Shown here piece after piece: positions 51,124-60,468 of a DNA stretch of 64,000 bases. Each line of letters begins with the position of its first letter. Position 1 is the stretch's first letter. Made by a program: the position numbers and the translations under genes. A model generated the notes under the pieces. That model was not told the origin of the DNA. It ran no database searches and worked only from the letters and a program-made list of their open reading frames with translations. Location of the stretch: NCBI GenBank assembly GCA_963746845.1, contig CAVVCZ010000005.1, forward strand, positions 288,001 through 352,000. Direction: 5' to 3'. Source of the DNA: an uncultured Chloroflexia bacterium (GTDB lineage Bacteria; Chloroflexota; Limnocylindria; Limnocylindrales; CSP1-4).

Positions 51124-52278
51124 CTACTTGACCTCGAGGGTCCCGAGCATCGTCGTCGGATGTACCTGGCAGAGGTACGTGTAGTTGCCGCTCTTCAGGG
51201 CCGGGACTGCGTACGACACCGTCTTGGGCCCGAGGAAGAACGCGGTGTCACCCATCGGGACGACGGACTTGCCGGCGTCCTCGATCACGATGTTGTGCTG
51301 GACCGTCGGGTCCTGGTTGTCGAACTTCAGCGTGAATGCCGTGTCCGCCTTGGCCTCGAGGGTCGTGGGCTGGAACCCGGCCGTCGCCGCGCCGCTCGGC
51401 GCCGTCACGGTCAGGACCGGCGCGTTCGGGTCGATCGAGGCCGCCGGAGCGGCGGACGATCCGCTGCCACCGGTCAGCGCGTCGAGGTAGCAGTCCGGGA
51501 ACGGCGTAGCGCCCGGTGCCGGCTTGTAGTTCGGGTCGCGCCATCCGGTGAACGTCTCGACCTTGCCGGTGGCCGGATCGATGATCGGCTCGTTCGTGGA
51601 CGGGTCGCGCTTCTCGTACGTGCCCTCGTTCGTGGCCCGCAGGAACGCGATCAGCTCGTCGATCTGGCGGTAGTTGAGCGGGCCGGGCGGGTTGCCCTTG
51701 TCCGACCAGACTGGCATCTGCGAGTTCGCGTTGCCGCACACATAACGGCCGCCGACCTGGAGGACGTTCCGGAGATAGCCCTCGTTGAGGTGAGCGTAGA
51801 GCTTCTCCTGGGAGTTCAGCTGCGGCCCGATGTAGCCCGCCGTGGCGGCGTCCGGCTCGTTGGGGCCGAGGCCGTTCGGGCCGTGGCAGCGAGCGCAGTT
51901 CGCCTCGAACAGGTTGTAGCCGCGCTGCACGTCGACCACCTGCTGGGCGGCCTCCTCGACCGCGAGGCGCGGCTTGGACAACCCGAGCGGCGAGCCGATC
52001 TCGTAGAACCAGTAGCCGACGATGAACAGACTGACGAAGATCACCGTCAGGAACCCGACCCAGCGAGCCGCGCCGGACTGGCGGACGATCCCGGCGGAGC
52101 GAGCCGGGGTCAGCCCGGCGTTCGACTTGATCGCGGGCGGGGCGGTGAACCGGTCCGCGGTCAGCTGGCTCTGCGGGATCGTCGCCGGCAGACGCTCCTC
52201 GGCGCCGCCGGCATCCGCGGCCGGCTCCGGCGTGCCCTCGGGCACCGGGGCCGGCGTCGACGGGGTCTGGTCGGTCAT
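51124..52278 (-). CDS. Membrane-anchored cytochrome c fused to a cupredoxin domain
   Basis: TM, CARCH heme motif, QMPVW; QHNIV...YLCQVHPTTM. Confidence 0.9.
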   Translation of the reverse strand: MTDQTPSTPAPVPEGTPEPAADAGGAEERLPATIPQSQLTADRFTAPPAIKSNAGLTPARSAGIVRQSGAARWVGFLTVIFVSLFIVGYWFYEIGSPLGLSKPRLAVEEAAQQVVDVQRGYNLFEANCARCHGPNGLGPNEPDAATAGYIGPQLNSQEKLYAHLNEGYLRNVLQVGGRYVCGNANSQMPVWSDKGNPPGPLNYRQIDELIAFLRATNEGTYEKRDPSTNEPIIDPATGKVETFTGWRDPNYKPAPGATPFPDCYLDALTGGSGSSAAPAASIDPNAPVLTVTAPSGAATAGFQPTTLEAKADTAFTLKFDNQDPTVQHNIVIEDAGKSVVPMGDTAFFLGPKTVSYAVPALKSGNYTYLCQVHPTTMLGTLEVK

Positions 52279-52952
52279 CAGATGCAGCCGGTCGGGGTAA
52301 GGGGCGGGATGATGCCCGGCTGGCCGACGGCGACCGGCAGCGGGCCGAGGGTGATCTTGCCCGTGTCGAGGGTCAGCACGCCGCCGCTGTCGACGGTCGC
52401 CGAGAACCGGTCCATGCTCCGCGGCGCCGGGCCGTACTGGGCCCCGGCCGCCTTGATCCCGAGCCGGTCATAGCGCGACCCGTGGCAGGGGCACTCCAGC
52501 CAGAAGTTCTTCAGGCACGGGTTCGGCCGGCAGCCGAGGTGCGGGCAGCGCTGGTACAGCCCGCGGACGTTCAACGGCGTGCCATCGCCGGTCGTGTCCT
52601 CGCCGGGCGTGTAGCTCTGCTGGCTCGTGTTGATCAGGACGACATACGCCCGGGCCTCCGGGAAGTACGCCGGGAAGCCCTCGTCGATCGGCAGGTTCGA
52701 GTTCGCGAGCTTGACGTCCTCGTAGGTCCCGATCTTGACCTTGCTCCCGAACCCGCCGCTCAGGTTCGGCCAGATGAACCCGATCGTGCCCGCGGTGACC
52801 TCGAGCAGCCACAGCGTGATCGCGCCGCCGATCGAGTAGCGGAGCAGCTGGCGGCGCGAGATCCCCTGGACCTGGCTTCGCCGGAGCGATTTGATCGACT
52901 GCGGAACGAGAGCGCGCGGCTGGTCCGCGGGCTCGACGTGGTAGTTGCTCAT
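52278..52952 (-). CDS. Rieske [2Fe-2S] subunit
   Basis: Tat-like SRRQLL + TM; CPHLGC and CPCHGSRY. Confidence 0.95.
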   Translation of the reverse strand: MSNYHVEPADQPRALVPQSIKSLRRSQVQGISRRQLLRYSIGGAITLWLLEVTAGTIGFIWPNLSGGFGSKVKIGTYEDVKLANSNLPIDEGFPAYFPEARAYVVLINTSQQSYTPGEDTTGDGTPLNVRGLYQRCPHLGCRPNPCLKNFWLECPCHGSRYDRLGIKAAGAQYGPAPRSMDRFSATVDSGGVLTLDTGKITLGPLPVAVGQPGIIPPLTPTGCI

Positions 52953-52994
52953 GCGCGCGTGCTCGGGGTGGTCATGCAGGTCATGGTCCCGTGA

Positions 52995-53612
52995 TCAGAG
53001 GGAGAAGTGGAGGCCCGGCGAGGAGTTCTCGAAGAAGGGCAGGAAGGGGATGACGAAGCTGTAGCCGGGGCCGCGGAAGAAGATGCCGACGAAGGTCAGC
53101 GTCAGCCCGAGGCCGCAGAACAGCGTGAACAGGACGACCGCGGTCTTCCGCTCGGACGGCCGGGTCGTCGTCAGGCTGCCACGATCCACGTACGGGATCA
53201 GGGCCGCCCCGACGAGCACGAGCAGCGGGGTCAGGACCCCGGCGACCGTCGGGTGGAAGTAGGCGAGCAGCTCCTGGAGCCCGAGGAAGTACCACGGCGC
53301 CTTGGCGACGGCCGGGGTGACGTTCGGGTTCGCCAGCTCCTCCAGCGGCGCGTTGATGAACAGGCCCATCAGGAGGAGGAAGACGCTCATCATCCCGGCC
53401 GCGAGGAACTCGATCGAGAGCAGGTGCGGCCAGGTCATGACCGTGTCGTCGGGCTCCTTCTGGACCCGGACGACCGCATCCTGCTTGACGAGCGCGAGCA
53501 GCCGGTACGGCCGCGCCGACATCGGCACGCGCTGCTTGTCGATCTCCGTTCGACGAGCCGGGTCGACCGGCAGGACCACGCGCTTGTCCGGCGGGGACTT
53601 CGTGTCGGTCAT
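52995..53612 (-). CDS. Cytochrome b C-terminal subunit (subunit IV / PetD-like)
   Basis: TWPHL, APLEELANP, KAPWYFLGLQELL (PEWY variant), PYVDR. Confidence 0.9.
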   Translation of the reverse strand: MTDTKSPPDKRVVLPVDPARRTEIDKQRVPMSARPYRLLALVKQDAVVRVQKEPDDTVMTWPHLLSIEFLAAGMMSVFLLLMGLFINAPLEELANPNVTPAVAKAPWYFLGLQELLAYFHPTVAGVLTPLLVLVGAALIPYVDRGSLTTTRPSERKTAVVLFTLFCGLGLTLTFVGIFFRGPGYSFVIPFLPFFENSSPGLHFSL

Positions 53613-53640
53613 CGGCTCACACCCTCCGGGCCGATAGGGC

Positions 53641-53728
53641 AGCCGAGCGCAAGGCGGAGCCGAGCACGGGAGCGAGCGCACTCATGTGCGTGAGCGAGCG
53701 CGCGGAGGCGACAACGCGGCGAACGGCT
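53641..53728. repeat. Structured interspersed repeat, copy B
   Basis: Shares blocks with 31477-31554; lies inside the Rieske/cytb operon. Confidence 0.75.
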
Positions 53729-53729
53729 G

Positions 53730-54458
53730 TCATAGCGGCCCGGAGATCCCGCCGTCCTTGCGGATGCGCCAAAAGTGGACCGCAAGGAAGATCGCCGCCG
53801 CGAGCGGGAAGACCATGATGTGGAGCACGTAGAACCGCAGGAGCGTGTTCTGCCCGACCTCCAGGCCGCCCAGCAGCATCCGGTTGAACGGGGTGTTGAT
53901 CAGTGGCGCGTAGCCACCCATGTTCGTTCCGATCGTGATCGCCCAGAACGCGATCTGGTCCCACGGAAGCAGGTAGCCGCTGAAGCTGAGCATGATCGTC
54001 AGGAAGAGCAGGACGACCCCGACGACCCAGTTGAACTCGCGTGGCGGCTTGTATGCCCCGTGATAGAAGACCCGCATCATGTGGAGGAAGACGAAGAACA
54101 CCATCAGGTGAGCGGCCCATCGATGGATGTTCCTGGTCAATAGCCCGAACGTGACCTGGCTCTGGATGTCCAGGATGTTCGTGTATGCGAGCGTCGCCGA
54201 CGGAACATAGAAGAACATGAGATACACGCCGGTGATCGTCAGGACGAGGAACAGGAAGAAGGACAGGCCGCCGAGGCAGAACGTGTAGGCGAACTTCACG
54301 GCGTGCTGGCGGACGCGGACCGGGTGGATGTGCAGGAAGACGTTGTTCATCACCGCGTACGCCCGCGACCGTTCGTCGTTGGGGTACGGCTGACGGAAGA
54401 GCGAGCGCCAGACCGGGCTCCGGCGGATGGTCTGGTCCACCCGCTCCAGGAAACTCAC
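53730..54458 (-). CDS. Cytochrome b6-like N-terminal subunit
   Basis: FCLGG (heme ci Cys), RNIHRW...LHMMR, GYLLPWDQ, H-x14-H, C-terminal GISGPL; GTGA overlap with the upstream gene. Confidence 0.95.
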   Translation of the reverse strand: MSFLERVDQTIRRSPVWRSLFRQPYPNDERSRAYAVMNNVFLHIHPVRVRQHAVKFAYTFCLGGLSFFLFLVLTITGVYLMFFYVPSATLAYTNILDIQSQVTFGLLTRNIHRWAAHLMVFFVFLHMMRVFYHGAYKPPREFNWVVGVVLLFLTIMLSFSGYLLPWDQIAFWAITIGTNMGGYAPLINTPFNRMLLGGLEVGQNTLLRFYVLHIMVFPLAAAIFLAVHFWRIRKDGGISGPL

Positions 54459-56323
54459 CTGGCTCCTCCTGCGACGCCGGGCGTGCCGGCCAGCTGCGCG
54501 TCGCGGTACGACTCCTTGTAGAGCCGCCCGTCGGTCGAGATCTCCTGCAGCTCGAACCGCTCCATCGTAATGGCGTCGAACGGGCAACGCTTGACACACA
54601 AGGCGCAGCGGATGCAGCGCTCCTCGTCGAGGATCATCGCGGCCCCGTTCTCCCAGCCGTACGACTCCTCGATCTCCGGGAGCAGGCCCTCGGTCTTCAG
54701 CTGGTTGACGTCGACCATGTGGATGACGCCCTCGGGGCAGACGTCGGCGCAGGCGCCGCACAGGACGCACCGGAACGGGTCGAACCAGATGTTGTAGTTG
54801 CACATCAGGCAGCGGGTCGACTCCGCCACCGCGGCCGTCGCGTCGTAGCCGTATTCGACCGGGGTGTTGAAGTTGATCTCCGGGTCGGTCGAGGGCATCC
54901 GCGCGGCGAGCGGCGCCATCGGGATGTGCTGGCGCGGCAGGACGTCGTAGAGCTCCGGCATGTCGTGCCGCCAGGAGCTCGTGATCTTCACGTTCGGGCT
55001 GACCGTGACGTCGGTCCGGCCGGCGAGGTACCGGTCGATCGCGTAGGCGCACTTCTTCCCGTGGCCGGCTGCCTCGATGAGGGTCGTCGGGCCGGTCACG
55101 AAGTCGCCGCAGGCGAAGACGCCGCGGACGTTCGTCGCATACGTCGCCGGGTCGACCTTCACCCGGCCGCGGTTGATCTCGAAGGTCGACTCGACTGGCA
55201 GGAAGGTCAGGTCGGCGGCCTGCGACACGGCCGGGATGACGACGTCCGCGGGGATCGTGAACTCGCTGCCCTCGATCGGGACCGGCGACCGGCGACCCGA
55301 GGCGTCCGGCTCGCCGAGCCGGTTGCGGATGAACCGGACCGCCGTCACGTGGCCGTCCTTGCCGAGGACCTCGATCGGGCTCGCGAGGAACTCCATCCGG
55401 ACGCCCTCGCGCTCGGTCTCGCCGAGCTCCTCCTCGTCGACGACGAGCTCGGACCGCGTCCGGCGGTAGACGATCGACACGTGGTCGGCGCCGTGGCGGA
55501 GGCTCGTCCGCGAGCAGTCCATCGCGGTGTAGCCGCCACCGATCACGACGACGTCCTTGCCGACGTACAGCTCCTGGCCGAGGTTCGCCTTCTTCATGAA
55601 GTCGACGCCGTAGTCGACCCCGTCGAGTTCGCCGCCCGGGATGTCGAGCGCGACCGGGTCCATCGCGCCGGCCGTGAGGGCGACCGCGTCGTAGTCCCGC
55701 TGGAGCTCCTCGAACGTGACGTCGACGCCGACCGTCGTGTTGAACCGGAACTCGACGCCGAGGCGCTCGACGAGCCGGACATCCATCTCGATCGCCTCGC
55801 GCGGGAGGCGGAACGCGGGGACGCCGATCAGCATCGTCCCGCCGCCGTACGGCAGGCTGTCGAAGACCGTGACCCCGACACCCTTCATCGCGAGCTCGCG
55901 GGCGACCGCCAGCCCGGCCGGGCCGGCACCCACCACCGCGACCCGCTCCGGACGGGCGGTGATCCGGGGCATGACGTCGGGGATGCCCGAGGCCTCGTGC
56001 CACTCGACGAGGAACCGCTTCATCGCCCGGATCGCCAGCGGCCGGTCGATGTCGCCGCGGCGGCAGGCCCGCTCGCACGGGGCGGAGCAGACGTACGAGC
56101 ACATCGCGGCGACCGGGTTCGGCTCGCGCGACAGGATGTAGCCCTCCTCGAACCGGCCCTCGGCCGCGAGGTTCAGGTAGCCGCGGCAGTTCGTCCCGAC
56201 CGGGCACGCCTCCTGGCACTCGATGTTGCACTGGAGCCAGGAAGCGTCGACGGGCTGAACGAGGAATTCCTGGAAGGGGTCGATGGCCAAGTCGAGGACG
56301 TGCCTTTCGAGTGTGGTCCACAT
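54455..56323 (-). CDS. GltD/NfnB-like FAD-NAD(P)H oxidoreductase with Fe-S clusters and a C-terminal 2x[4Fe-4S] ferredoxin
   Basis: CQEACP, MCSYVCSAPCERAC, GAGPAG, GGGYTA, YRR, GD; CVLCGACADVCP and CIRCALCVKRCP (start may instead be TTG at 56290). Confidence 0.92.
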   Translation of the reverse strand: MWTTLERHVLDLAIDPFQEFLVQPVDASWLQCNIECQEACPVGTNCRGYLNLAAEGRFEEGYILSREPNPVAAMCSYVCSAPCERACRRGDIDRPLAIRAMKRFLVEWHEASGIPDVMPRITARPERVAVVGAGPAGLAVARELAMKGVGVTVFDSLPYGGGTMLIGVPAFRLPREAIEMDVRLVERLGVEFRFNTTVGVDVTFEELQRDYDAVALTAGAMDPVALDIPGGELDGVDYGVDFMKKANLGQELYVGKDVVVIGGGYTAMDCSRTSLRHGADHVSIVYRRTRSELVVDEEELGETEREGVRMEFLASPIEVLGKDGHVTAVRFIRNRLGEPDASGRRSPVPIEGSEFTIPADVVIPAVSQAADLTFLPVESTFEINRGRVKVDPATYATNVRGVFACGDFVTGPTTLIEAAGHGKKCAYAIDRYLAGRTDVTVSPNVKITSSWRHDMPELYDVLPRQHIPMAPLAARMPSTDPEINFNTPVEYGYDATAAVAESTRCLMCNYNIWFDPFRCVLCGACADVCPEGVIHMVDVNQLKTEGLLPEIEESYGWENGAAMILDEERCIRCALCVKRCPFDAITMERFELQEISTDGRLYKESYRDAQLAGTPGVAGGAR

Positions 56324-56567
56324 CCCGGGGAGTCGTGCGTCCGGCAAGCCTGCAAGGCACCGCGGCCGGCGGTCCGAATCTACCATCGCGGGCTCGGCCT
56401 TCGCAAAGACGGGCGGTGCCGTCCGAGCGTGGCTGGACGGGCCGTCCGACGCACCCCGAGAGGCCTCCCCGCGTGCTCCGCGAGGTTGACCGCCGACGCG
56501 CACGCAGCTACGCTCGCGAGGGGGATCATTCGTGCGGCCGACGGGTGGCCGGGGAGGACAGCGGATC

Positions 56568-58367
56568 TTGACGGCGGGCGAGCTCACCTTCCTGGCCCTC
56601 GGCCTGCTCCTCGGGGTGGCCACTGGCGCCGCCCTCATCGAGATCCTCCGGTCCCGGCCGCGGGCACCGCGCGAGGTCCGCGTCACGGTCGCACGGAACT
56701 CGATTCACGCACGATTCCCGGCCACGCTGTCCGATCCGACCGCGTCGTTCGAGATGACCGGCCCGGCCCCGGGCGGGCCCGGCGATCGCCGCTGGCACGA
56801 CGAGCGGCCGGCGGAGCTGGCCGTCCTCCCCGGGCGGCGGATCGACGACGCGGGACCCCCGATGCGGTCCGCCACTGGAACACCTGTTCCATCCCGGCCG
56901 GCGCCGATCTGGCTATCGCCACTGGCGGCGGGATCGACGACGATGGTGCCGGTCCCGATGTCGATCGAGCCGGACCCGCTCACGGCGGCCCTCCGATCGA
57001 CCGCAGCCGCCGTGGCGACGGCCGCGATGGCCGGGCCGGGTAGCCGGGAGGCAACGACGCATCCGATGGCGACTGGCAACGCGGCTCCGTCCGGCGGCTC
57101 GGGCGCGGGCGGACACGGCGGCGGCTCCGATGGGCCGCCGGCGGATGCCCCGCGCGCCACGCCACCCGACGCCGGTCCGTGCGCGGACGAACGGCGCGTC
57201 GCCGACGAGCGCTGCGCGGTCGCATCCCGGGCACGGGCGGGCGCCGACCAGGCAGCCGAGGCACTGCGCGCCGCGCAGCGGACGCACGACGAGCACATGG
57301 CCGCCGCGGCGGCGGGCGCCCTGGCGGCGGATCCCCGTTCGGTCCGGACCGCGAAGGAGGCCGCGCAGGATCGATTCCGCGACGCGCGGGCGGCCGCGAA
57401 CACGCGCGACGACGTCGAGAGCGCCGCCCGCGCCTGGCTGGCCGAGATCAACCAGATCAACAACGAGACCCGCGAGGCCGCGGCGCGCGCCGAGCGCAGC
57501 CGCGCGGCAGCCACCGCGCTGGGGATGACGCTGGAGCGACTGGCGGTCGAGGCCGACGCGGCCCGGATTTCCGCGGCACGAGCCGACGAGGCCTGCATCG
57601 CCGCCCGTGAGACGGTCGCCGCGTGCGACGAGGCGCGGACGCTGGAGGCCGCCGCGGCCGCGAGGGCCGCCGCACAGGCGCCGGCAGCGCCACCTGCTCC
57701 GGCCGCCCCGGTCGCCGCGGCCGCCCCGATCGCCGACAAGCCGGGTCCGGCCCCGGCCGCCACGCCCGAGCCCGAGGAGGAGTTCGCCCTCAGCGGGTCG
57801 ATGGGCTCGCGGGCCGGCCAGGACGCGCTGATCCTGCGGATCCTGCGCGGCGACCGCGGCGCGATGCAGCACGCCGTCGCACGACTGGCGACCCCCGGCA
57901 GCGATGAGGCTCGTCACTGGCAGGCGCTCCTCGGCGGGTTCGCGGACGCATTGATCGCCCGGGCGATCGAGGCGTCGGCGTTCGACTTCCCGGACGACCA
58001 CTACTTCTGGGGCCCGTTCAACCACACGCAGAACCGCGACATCGCGGCCGGGCTGTCGTCCCTCGGCTTCCGGTTCGACGGGTTCGGCGGGTGGGTCGAC
58101 GACCGGATCCCGAGCCAGCGCGACCTCGCCCTCGCCGTCGGTTATGCGGGCCTCGACCCGATGCGGATCCGGCGCTGGCCGAACGAGACGGAGACACGCG
58201 AGCTGCTGTCGGGCGTCCGGGTCGCCGCCGACGAGTACGTGGCGGGCGCCGCCGGTGGGCTGACCCTCGGCGAGCTGGTCACGCTCCTCGGGCGCCGGGC
58301 CGACGGCCTGACCGAGCTCTGGAACAACTGGGGCACGGTCCGGCCGATCCTCCTCGAGGGCGGCTGA
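56568..58367 (+). CDS. Hypothetical membrane-anchored coiled-coil protein
   Basis: GGAGG RBS + TTG; N-terminal TM, Ala-rich coiled coil, globular C-terminal domain. Confidence 0.7.
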   Translation: MTAGELTFLALGLLLGVATGAALIEILRSRPRAPREVRVTVARNSIHARFPATLSDPTASFEMTGPAPGGPGDRRWHDERPAELAVLPGRRIDDAGPPMRSATGTPVPSRPAPIWLSPLAAGSTTMVPVPMSIEPDPLTAALRSTAAAVATAAMAGPGSREATTHPMATGNAAPSGGSGAGGHGGGSDGPPADAPRATPPDAGPCADERRVADERCAVASRARAGADQAAEALRAAQRTHDEHMAAAAAGALAADPRSVRTAKEAAQDRFRDARAAANTRDDVESAARAWLAEINQINNETREAAARAERSRAAATALGMTLERLAVEADAARISAARADEACIAARETVAACDEARTLEAAAAARAAAQAPAAPPAPAAPVAAAAPIADKPGPAPAATPEPEEEFALSGSMGSRAGQDALILRILRGDRGAMQHAVARLATPGSDEARHWQALLGGFADALIARAIEASAFDFPDDHYFWGPFNHTQNRDIAAGLSSLGFRFDGFGGWVDDRIPSQRDLALAVGYAGLDPMRIRRWPNETETRELLSGVRVAADEYVAGAAGGLTLGELVTLLGRRADGLTELWNNWGTVRPILLEGG

Positions 58368-58369
58368 CC

Positions 58370-59152
58370 TCAGCCCTGCGTCGCGGCCGCGGTCTCGGCG
58401 GCCAGACCCGGATCGGGACCCTCGTCCTCGTCATCGTCGAGGACGATCAGCCGCAGGGCTTCCGCGGCCGCCACGCCGATCGCCTCGCCCTCCTCGGCCG
58501 CCCAGCTCCGGATCCGCTCGGCGAGCTTGTCCGGCTCCCGGATCTGGCTGGCGTGGGCCGCCAGCGCGGCGATCTTCCGGTCGATCGTCGTCCCGATGTC
58601 GACGCGGACGTTCGGCTCGTTCGGCCAGAACAGGTACACGCGCTTGACCCGGTGCGCCCCGAGCCCGTCCCGGGCGAGCGCCGGGAACGCCATCGGGTTG
58701 CGGGCGGCCGGATAGACCGCGTCGACCGCGGCGATCCCGGCCTCGCGGTGATCCGTGTGGTTGATCCCACCGTCTCGGTAGAAGACGACCGTCGGGTCGG
58801 TCGCGAGGACCGCGTCCGGCCGGAATGTCCGGATCTCGCGCACAAGGTGCTCGCGCAGCACGAGATCGTTGACGAGCGCGCCGTCCGGCAGGTGGAGGAA
58901 TGTCACCCCCGCGTAGCCGACGATGGCGGCGGCGGCGCGCTGCTCACGCTCCCGGACCACGGCCAGCTCCAGGGGATCGGCGAATGGATCCTCGCCGCCG
59001 GCATCTCCGCTCGTGCAACACACGAGCCAGCCCACCGAACCCTCGTCGATCCAGCACGCCGCGGTGCCCGCCGGACCGAAGTCGGCATCGTCCGGATGAC
59101 CCGCGACGACCAGAAATCTGGCAGGACGCCAGGTATGGGCTACGTCATTCAT
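58370..59152 (-). CDS. PIG-L/LmbE family deacetylase
   Basis: GHPDD, TSGDAG, RERE, HTDH, AHASQ. Confidence 0.92.
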   Translation of the reverse strand: MNDVAHTWRPARFLVVAGHPDDADFGPAGTAACWIDEGSVGWLVCCTSGDAGGEDPFADPLELAVVREREQRAAAAIVGYAGVTFLHLPDGALVNDLVLREHLVREIRTFRPDAVLATDPTVVFYRDGGINHTDHREAGIAAVDAVYPAARNPMAFPALARDGLGAHRVKRVYLFWPNEPNVRVDIGTTIDRKIAALAAHASQIREPDKLAERIRSWAAEEGEAIGVAAAEALRLIVLDDDEDEGPDPGLAAETAAATQG

Positions 59153-59215
59153 CGGAGGGCGTTCCGTCCCTTGATCCGGTTGTTTCAGGTCTCGCGACGG
59201 GTCTATCATTCCGGC

Positions 59216-59296
59216 CGAGGCTTCGCTCGTCTCCCCCCACGAGCGAAGCCTCAAAGCTTGCCCGGTGTCGCGGGGGCCGGGACGAGCCCCACCCCT
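59216..59296 (+). ncRNA. Candidate two-hairpin sRNA with a C-rich loop
   Basis: TTGTTT-N18-TATCAT upstream; perfect 14-bp stem with CTCCCCCC loop; second stem with a G-rich loop. Confidence 0.4.
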
Positions 59297-59311
59297 GATC
59301 CGTCTGTCGAT

Positions 59312-59797
59312 TCAGCCGGCGGCGACCGATTGCGCGTCGGCGAGGGCGGCCAGGACGTCCGCCGCGTGGCCCTCCGGCTTGACCTTCTCCCAGGTTTTCG
59401 CGACCCGTCCCTGGGGATCCACGAGGAATGTCCGGCGGGCAGTCCCCATGTACGTCTTGCCGTAGTTGGACTTCTCGACCCACGACCCGTACGCGTCGGC
59501 GACGGCGTGGTCCTCGTCGGCGAGGAGGAGGAACGGCAGGCCGAACTTCTCGCGGAACGCGCGCTTGCTCTTCGCGCCCTGCGGGCTGATCCCCCAGACA
59601 TCGGCGCCGCGCTCCGTGATCGTGTCGTGCGCGTCGCGGAACCCGCACGCCTCGGTGGTGCAGCCGGGCGTGTCATCGGTCGGATAGAAGTAGACGATGG
59701 TCCAGCGGCCACGCTGGTCGGCGAGTCGATGGATCGTGCCGGTCTCATCGGGGAGGGCGATCTCGGGAGCGAGCTCGCCCGGCGTCGGGATGCTCAT
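59312..59797 (-). CDS. bcp: Thioredoxin-dependent peroxiredoxin BCP
   Basis: YFYPTDDTPGCTTEACGFRD. Confidence 0.95.
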   Translation of the reverse strand: MSIPTPGELAPEIALPDETGTIHRLADQRGRWTIVYFYPTDDTPGCTTEACGFRDAHDTITERGADVWGISPQGAKSKRAFREKFGLPFLLLADEDHAVADAYGSWVEKSNYGKTYMGTARRTFLVDPQGRVAKTWEKVKPEGHAADVLAALADAQSVAAG

Positions 59798-59799
59798 CG

Positions 59800-60468
59800 T
59801 CAGAGCCTAGCAGGGGTCTCCACCACGAGAAGCTGACCGGATCGGATGTCGAGGGCCGCGGCCGCGTCCGTGCGCACGTTCGACATCCCGCGCGAGGGCC
59901 CGCTCCGGAGCGGCTCGTCGTGGAGCGGATAGCGGAAACCGACGGTCGTGATGCCGAGGACGTCGCCGCCGAACGGCAGGAGCGAGACGAGATCGTCGAC
60001 ACGTCCCGACAGGTCGGTCCGGCCAGGGCCGGCGAGACGGATCCGTGTCCGCGCCCCGAGGAGGCACGCCGGCCGGCCGGCGAGAGCCGGATGGGCAAGC
60101 AGCCAGATGTTGCCGAGCTCGTGGTCGAGTCGCCGGCCGCCCAGGGCACCGAGGATCGTGATCCGGGCGGGATCGGCGCGGACGACCGCGAGCACAGCCA
60201 GCTCCGCGTCGGTCTCGTCCTTGTCGACCGGCGAGCGCTCGATGCGCACCCCGTCGGCAGCCAGGCGGGCGAGGTCGCCGGGGTCGATCGAATCGCCGTC
60301 GCCGACCCACTTGTCAATCCGCCGGCCCAGCGCAGCCGCGTGGCGCGCGCCGCCGTCGGCGGCGACGACGAGGTCGATGCGGTCCGACCAGCCGGGCCAC
60401 GCCCGATCGAGTTCCGCGACCGGGTCGACGGCGCCGTCCGCGAGGATCAGCGCGTGTTCGGTGGTCAC
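59800..60468 (-). CDS. thiN: Thiamine diphosphokinase
   Basis: AADGGA, VGDGDS, KDETD, GALGGRRLDH, GMSN. Confidence 0.92.
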   Translation of the reverse strand: MTTEHALILADGAVDPVAELDRAWPGWSDRIDLVVAADGGARHAAALGRRIDKWVGDGDSIDPGDLARLAADGVRIERSPVDKDETDAELAVLAVVRADPARITILGALGGRRLDHELGNIWLLAHPALAGRPACLLGARTRIRLAGPGRTDLSGRVDDLVSLLPFGGDVLGITTVGFRYPLHDEPLRSGPSRGMSNVRTDAAAALDIRSGQLLVVETPARL

